Below are positions 60,314-64,000 of a DNA stretch of 64,000 nt, piece by piece (positions within the stretch are counted from its first letter, which is position 1; each line of letters opens with the position of its first letter). The notes beneath the pieces are model-generated. The model saw only the letters and a program-made list of their open reading frames with translations, ran no database searches and was not told the DNA's origin. Made by a program: the position numbers and the translations under genes. The stretch is from Oscillospiraceae bacterium. Lineage in GTDB: Bacteria; Bacillota; Clostridia; Oscillospirales; UBA929. The DNA lies in the NCBI GenBank assembly GCA_009780275.1, contig WRAI01000004.1, forward strand, positions 21,212 through 85,211. The letters are read 5' to 3'.

Positions 60314-61768
60314 TCAAAGCACGATTAAGTCCATGCCGGCTAATGCCGTCAACAGCACTTCTTGGCGATATTTTGAAATAATTTCTGACCGAGCTGCGCC
60401 GTCGAACGCAATGCTGATCATCTTGCCTGCACCGCTATGGCCGTATTGCCATTCCTCAATGCAGAAAGAGGCATTGCTCTCGGCGAGAAAAGCAAAAATC
60501 TCGGCATAGCCGTTGCCCGTGCCGTTGGTGCTATTGCCGTGCTGGCCCAGCTTTGCCAAGATATGGATGGGGAACTCGTGGGCATTGTCGATGATTTCAA
60601 ACCGAAATATGCCGCCTTTTTCAGAAAACGTGGCGACGATTTGTTTTGATGTTGCTTTGGTTTGGTCTAGTTCTTTAATAGCATTGCTGACTAAATTGTC
60701 GACAAGCGCGGTAAATTTCATTTTAGATGCCGCCAACGAGTGCCATGACGCTCGATTTTGAACAGCGAATAGAATATTTCTCTTGGCACAATCTCTTATC
60801 ATTTCTTCCAGCAAAGCTTGCAAGGGATACCACTCATCAGGCAGGGAGATCGCGTCTTTTGTATCGTCTATTGCGAGCTCTTGGCTCGTTTCATCGGCGA
60901 ACTGACGAATGGCGTCTAAGCGTTTTTCAATCACCCCGAGACGAAAGACTTTGTCTGACGAACGGTCGTTGCTTGTGCTGGCTTTTAAGTCGTCTAATTC
61001 TTCCAATAGGGCTTGATGGGAAATGCCGACAGCTGAAATAATGCCTCGATATTTGTGTTGCTCACTGGTCAGGTCGCCAAGCTGTCCATTTAGATTTTGA
61101 GCTTGGCGCTCTAAATCTTTGAACTGTGCGTCAAACGATATGCGTTCACGATGTTTTTTGATTAAATAAATAATCAAAATGGTTAAGGCAAGGATGACAA
61201 GACCGAGCGCAATCGCTGACGTGTAAAACAAAAGATGGTCTGCTTCATGTGCATAAGGTCCTGCGATAAGGTATCCGCCCCAAAATGTTACAATAATTCC
61301 GGCAAATGCAAAAACAATGCCCTTGAACTCCTTGTCGTGTATTGCCGGAATGCCATTTCTTAATTTAATAATTTTATATATGGCAGAATAAATTAATGTT
61401 TCGACACATATCACTAAAACAAAGAACGCGTCGGTATCGTAAAATTGAAAAATAGAGCCTAGTGCGGCGGATACGAACGCCGATGCCATCCATGCGCAGT
61501 GTCCAAACAAAAAAGCCAATATCAGTGCTGCCCAGTTTATGGAATGTTGTGTTATTCGAAAAAATAAGCCAAGACTGGCAACTCCTGCGACTGTCCTAAA
61601 TGGTTCGCCGACATATCCCAGTGATAAAAACATGATAACGGCAAAAAGAAAAGATGCCATCAAAATAGGGGTGGTCTTATTTGAGTGGGCATGAATGATT
61701 TTCTGATAAAATAATAAGATAATGATGCCGAGTAGTAGATTGCTCATGAATGTATGAACAAATAACAT
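60314..61768 (-). CDS. AgrC-like (HPK10-type, GHKL) membrane sensor histidine kinase
   Basis: About 6 N-terminal TM segments and a coiled linker. H-box-like EQHKYRGII, N-box LVDNLVSNAIKE, G-box STNGTGNGYAEI. Confidence 0.75.
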   Translation of the reverse strand: MLFVHTFMSNLLLGIIILLFYQKIIHAHSNKTTPILMASFLFAVIMFLSLGYVGEPFRTVAGVASLGLFFRITQHSINWAALILAFLFGHCAWMASAFVSAALGSIFQFYDTDAFFVLVICVETLIYSAIYKIIKLRNGIPAIHDKEFKGIVFAFAGIIVTFWGGYLIAGPYAHEADHLLFYTSAIALGLVILALTILIIYLIKKHRERISFDAQFKDLERQAQNLNGQLGDLTSEQHKYRGIISAVGISHQALLEELDDLKASTSNDRSSDKVFRLGVIEKRLDAIRQFADETSQELAIDDTKDAISLPDEWYPLQALLEEMIRDCAKRNILFAVQNRASWHSLAASKMKFTALVDNLVSNAIKELDQTKATSKQIVATFSEKGGIFRFEIIDNAHEFPIHILAKLGQHGNSTNGTGNGYAEIFAFLAESNASFCIEEWQYGHSGAGKMISIAFDGAARSEIISKYRQEVLLTALAGMDLIVL

Positions 61769-61793
61769 GATAACCCGCCTTTACCTTTTTGTC

Positions 61794-61802
61794 TATTATA
61801 AC
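61794..61802 (-). promoter_or_regulatory. extended -10 element upstream of the kinase gene
   Basis: Minus-strand TGtTATAAT about 26 nt upstream of ATG 61768. Confidence 0.45.
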
Positions 61803-61811
61803 ATGAAGCGA

Positions 61812-61862
61812 CAAAAAAGGGAACAGGGTGCCGTTTTACAGTCGAAAAACAGATCCTATTCC
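61812..61862 (-). terminator. terminator-like hairpin plus T6 after the mini-ORF
   Basis: Minus-strand GGGAATAGG ... CCTGTTCCC (9 bp including one G-U pair), followed by TTTTTT. Confidence 0.5.
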
Positions 61863-61878
61863 CTCTATTGCAGCAAAA

Positions 61879-61926
61879 ATTATCGATTAAAAACTATCCT
61901 GTTAAACGCTCGAATAAAACTAGCCA
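61879..61926 (-). CDS. 15-codon mini-ORF with a strong Shine-Dalgarno (candidate peptide or leader)
   Basis: AAAGGAGG, 7 nt, ATG 61926. Encodes MASFIRAFNRIVFNR and ends TAA 61881-61879. Confidence 0.25.
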
Positions 61927-62055
61927 TGCCGATGCCTCCTTTCGTCTTACATTTCAATTTTGGCATTGCGCCAACCAATTGAAGTATAAGGGCTTGAAGG
62001 CAAAAAACCTGTCAAAAAAATGAAGCGAAAATAAGCAAGTTTTGCAAGTTATCGA

Positions 62056-62089
62056 AAGAAAAAAGACACACATTTCAATGTGTGTCTTT
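62056..62089 (-). terminator. rho-independent terminator of the Spo0A-like regulator gene
   Basis: Minus-strand AAAAGACACACAT-tgaa-ATGTGTGTCTTTT followed by TTTCTTTC. Confidence 0.85.
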
Positions 62090-62105
62090 TGGTGTGATTA
62101 TGTTA

Positions 62106-62915
62106 TCAGAAAATCTTTTCTTTACGGATTTTATCGGCGGTGTAAAGGATGAATTCCTTACTGGTGGGAACACCCCGGCCAATATCAATATAAGGAGTGT
62201 AGACTTTGCTTAAATCCTCGGTGTCAGTTTTTTCAAAAGCGTTATACAACAAACGTCGAATGGCTTTTTCTACTGCCTGTGGCTGCTTGCAAAATTTAGC
62301 GGAGATAAGGACAATGATTTTGTTTATTTTGACAAGGTTCGATTTTGGGTATTGCAAGACGCGGTAAATGGCTTCTTCCAGATATTCTCTGGCGGGGTTG
62401 CCATGTGATATGTAATAACGGCTTAGTTCGCTGTCGATTCTGGCGCGAATAAGTGCTTCCGTTTCCAGTTCGCTGTACTTTTGTTGCGTGTACGGTTCTT
62501 TATTGCGATGGAAAAAGTTAGACATCAAGCGTAAGTGTTCCAACACGGCGTCGGGGCTGTATGAGTGATTGTGTTTTTTGATGATAAAATCGGCGAGTTC
62601 ATCCTTTGCCTTGGCGAGCGCCATGCTTTTGTCGCCAAAGTCTGTTACAACCAACAGATAAGGCTTGATTGCCAAATCACACTCCGTCTGGCGAATTTTG
62701 TTAAGCAGGCTCAGTCCATCGCCATCGGAAAGTTCTAAGTCAACAATCACTGCGTCGGGCAAACCGGTTTGAACAAGCTTGTATGCCTCATCGGCGCCGG
62801 TCGTTATCGATAATACAGAAAAATCATCGCTGCGGCTGATACACAATTGCAAGGGGCCGGAATAATTCACGTCATCCTCCACGATGAGAACCTTGTATCG
62901 CTTGTCATATCTCAT
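62106..62915 (-). CDS. response regulator with a Spo0A_C-like DNA-binding domain (Spo0A paralogue-like)
   Basis: Receiver: LIVEDD, phospho-Asp in VIVDLEL, LVVTDF, IIKK. The C-terminus ..[45 protein letters not shown] aligns by eye with Spo0A ..[43 protein letters not shown]. ATG 62915 preceded by GGAGGTG. Confidence 0.8.
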   Translation of the reverse strand: [269 protein letters not shown]

Positions 62916-62935
62916 GTCCACACCTCCGATAGTGC

Positions 62936-62964
62936 ATTCTATCATAGATAGATGCAATTTTCAA
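62936..62964 (-). promoter_or_regulatory. extended -10 sigma-A promoter of the Spo0A-like regulator
   Basis: Minus-strand TTGAAA (62964-62959), 17 nt, TGaTAGAAT (-10 hexamer at 62941-62936). Confidence 0.6.
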
Positions 62965-62967
62965 CCG

Positions 62968-62994
62968 TTGTCCAAAAAAGTACAATTTCGACAA
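62968..62994. promoter_or_regulatory. inverted repeat TTGTCCAA-N11-TTCGACAA containing a perfect 0A-box heptamer
   Basis: TTCGACA (62987-62993) is the reverse complement of TGTCGAA. TGTCCAA (62969-62975) differs from it at one position. The repeat sits between the two divergent -35 elements. Confidence 0.5.
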
Positions 62995-63016
62995 AATCAA
63001 AGAAATATGGTATACT
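62988..63016 (+). promoter_or_regulatory. extended -10 sigma-A promoter of the AbrB-fold gene
   Basis: TCGACA (62988-62993), 17 nt, TGgTATACT (63008-63016). Confidence 0.6.
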
Positions 63017-63029
63017 ATACAAAAAGGGG

Positions 63030-63617
63030 ATGACAGGCATGGATGTTATATTGACGACGAGTGTTTTTGAGCGCGAAGGATTTCTAACGATCCCGAAATC
63101 TATCAGCAAGGTATGGGAAATAAAATGTGGAGACCATCTGTATGCCAAGTTAAAAGATGGGAATGTCACCTTGCAAAGGGAAAATGGGAAAAACCTAGAA
63201 ACTGTGGCGGTTTTGCCAGGCTTCGATGTGCAAATTCCTGAGCATTTTGCTGACAGATTGGGTTTTCCGGTCTGCGGTGAAGTGCAGCTGAAATTAGAGA
63301 ATGATGTTCTGACTATTTATAAAACAAATGTCATCAGCATCTTTTCGCCGCAAGGAAACAGGGAAAGGTTGCGGCGAAAATTGGATGCCGAATTCGAAAT
63401 GCTATTCCAAAAAAGCAGAAGTGAGTTGCTTGAAGATATTTATACTTTGTTGCTTTTAACAGAGTTAAAAGACGAGACGGTAAAGGGACTGCTGGCATTA
63501 CCAAATGCATTGCAGCACATGCGACAGCGGATACGTGGGGACGATGAGTTTGAGGCATTTTTAGAAAAAAAAGTAAAAGAATTGACAGATGAACTGACAG
63601 ATGAATTCAGGCAATGA
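63030..63617 (+). CDS. protein with two tandem SpoVT/AbrB-like modules plus a helical C-terminal domain
   Basis: FLTIPKSISKVWEIKCGDHLYAKLKDGNVTLQRE and FDVQIPEHFADRLGFPVCGEVQLKLENDVLTIYK both fit the AbrB swapped-hairpin pattern (x-IP-x..G[DE]-x-hydrophobic alternation). Start is ATG 63030 or 63039. Confidence 0.6.
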   Translation: MTGMDVILTTSVFEREGFLTIPKSISKVWEIKCGDHLYAKLKDGNVTLQRENGKNLETVAVLPGFDVQIPEHFADRLGFPVCGEVQLKLENDVLTIYKTNVISIFSPQGNRERLRRKLDAEFEMLFQKSRSELLEDIYTLLLLTELKDETVKGLLALPNALQHMRQRIRGDDEFEAFLEKKVKELTDELTDEFRQ

Positions 63618-63735
63618 TAAAAAAGACAAAATTGTACAAAAATATACAGCTGGAAATGGTAGTAAAAGCAGGAAATTTCTTATATAATTATCTCACGAAG
63701 CAAATAATGTGGGGTGTGTAATTTTGTGTGAACAA

Positions 63736-64000
63736 ATGGTGTTGCGGGATTTGGAAAATGAGAATTTGACAGCCATCAATGAAATGCTATGGGGCCTGGT
63801 GCACACGCATCATCGTTATTTTAATGAACTTGCAAGTTTGGCAGATGACAGCGATAATGTGAATGTTATCGCAAATTTGCTTCGAAATATTGGGCGGGAT
63901 GGAGCAAAGCGTAGCTTGACTGTGTCCGTGAGAAATGAAAGTGTTGATATTGCTTTGCGCCGGCATATGTTGGCGGCTGTAGCGCATCACGCTGTTATTC
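63736..64000 (+). CDS. hypothetical protein, N-terminal fragment (ORF open at right window edge)
   Basis: ATG 63736 (in-frame TTG at 63724) opens MVLRDLENENLTAINEMLWGLVHTHHRYFNELASLADD.. with no stop to nt 64000. It is missing from the ORF track because it is unterminated. Confidence 0.4.
   Translation, partial: MVLRDLENENLTAINEMLWGLVHTHHRYFNELASLADDSDNVNVIANLLRNIGRDGAKRSLTVSVRNESVDIALRRHMLAAVAHHAVI

Noticed and set aside
61767-61982. 71-aa plus-strand ORF in the regulator-kinase spacer
   Set aside because: It has no SD, starts inside the kinase start region on the wrong strand, and runs through terminator and promoter elements that read sensibly on the minus strand.
61769-62105. Canonical agr-type components (AgrB, an AgrD of ~45 aa) next to the AgrC-like kinase
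   Set aside because: No ORF of suitable size, no AgrB-like membrane peptidase and no double-glycine leader are present. Only the 15-codon mini-ORF was retained, as a low-confidence item.
63787-63990. 67-aa minus-strand ORF near the right edge
   Set aside because: It is antisense to a longer unterminated plus-strand frame (63736..64000+) that has a more protein-like composition.

Overview
The window looks like a chromosomal segment of a moderately GC-rich, spore-forming Firmicute of the class Clostridia. The taxon is inferred only from gene content and order: spoIVB, spoIID, spmA/spmB, nifS-nifU, dfx-ferritin, fhs/folD. Most of the window is ordinary housekeeping. This includes gdhA, desulfoferrodoxin and ferritin, DUF1385-prmC, recA-recX, rimO, pgsA, ruvB, ligA, an M16 peptidase pair, lgt, folD, fhs, the rimP-nusA-ylxR-ylxQ-infB-(methyltransferase)-rbfA-nrnA-truB operon, serC/serA, a MATE exporter and a DUF4330 plus O-antigen-ligase-like pair. 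I saw no rRNA, tRNA, CRISPR array, transposase, integrase or phage genes. Three visibly AT-richer accessory patches carry the interesting content. (1) 18.7-21.0 kb is a tightly coupled operon of an output-less OmpR-type receiver, a histidine kinase and a small alarmone synthetase. (2) 57.86-58.38 kb holds an ArsR/SmtB repressor with an unusual Cys cluster, a perfect palindrome over its -10, and an unannotated 29-codon ORF with 9 Cys that looks like a metallothionein. (3) 58.5-64 kb holds a SipW-type signal peptidase, sortase B and an AgrC-like (HPK10-type) kinase. The kinase is preceded by a self-contained 15-codon mini-gene. Next to it is a response regulator whose output domain resembles Spo0A_C. 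That regulator is divergently transcribed from a tandem AbrB-fold protein, across an inverted repeat containing a perfect 0A-box heptamer. I rank this last locus and the ArsR/Cys-peptide module as the best candidates for undescribed biology. Smaller oddities are a GNAT gene with an in-frame TAG, a frameshifted RHH gene, an ECF sigma factor with a roughly 350-aa C-terminal fusion, a methyltransferase inserted between infB and rbfA, and a membrane/PAS/GT-C-like operon. All functional calls rest on motifs recognised by eye; no database search was possible.
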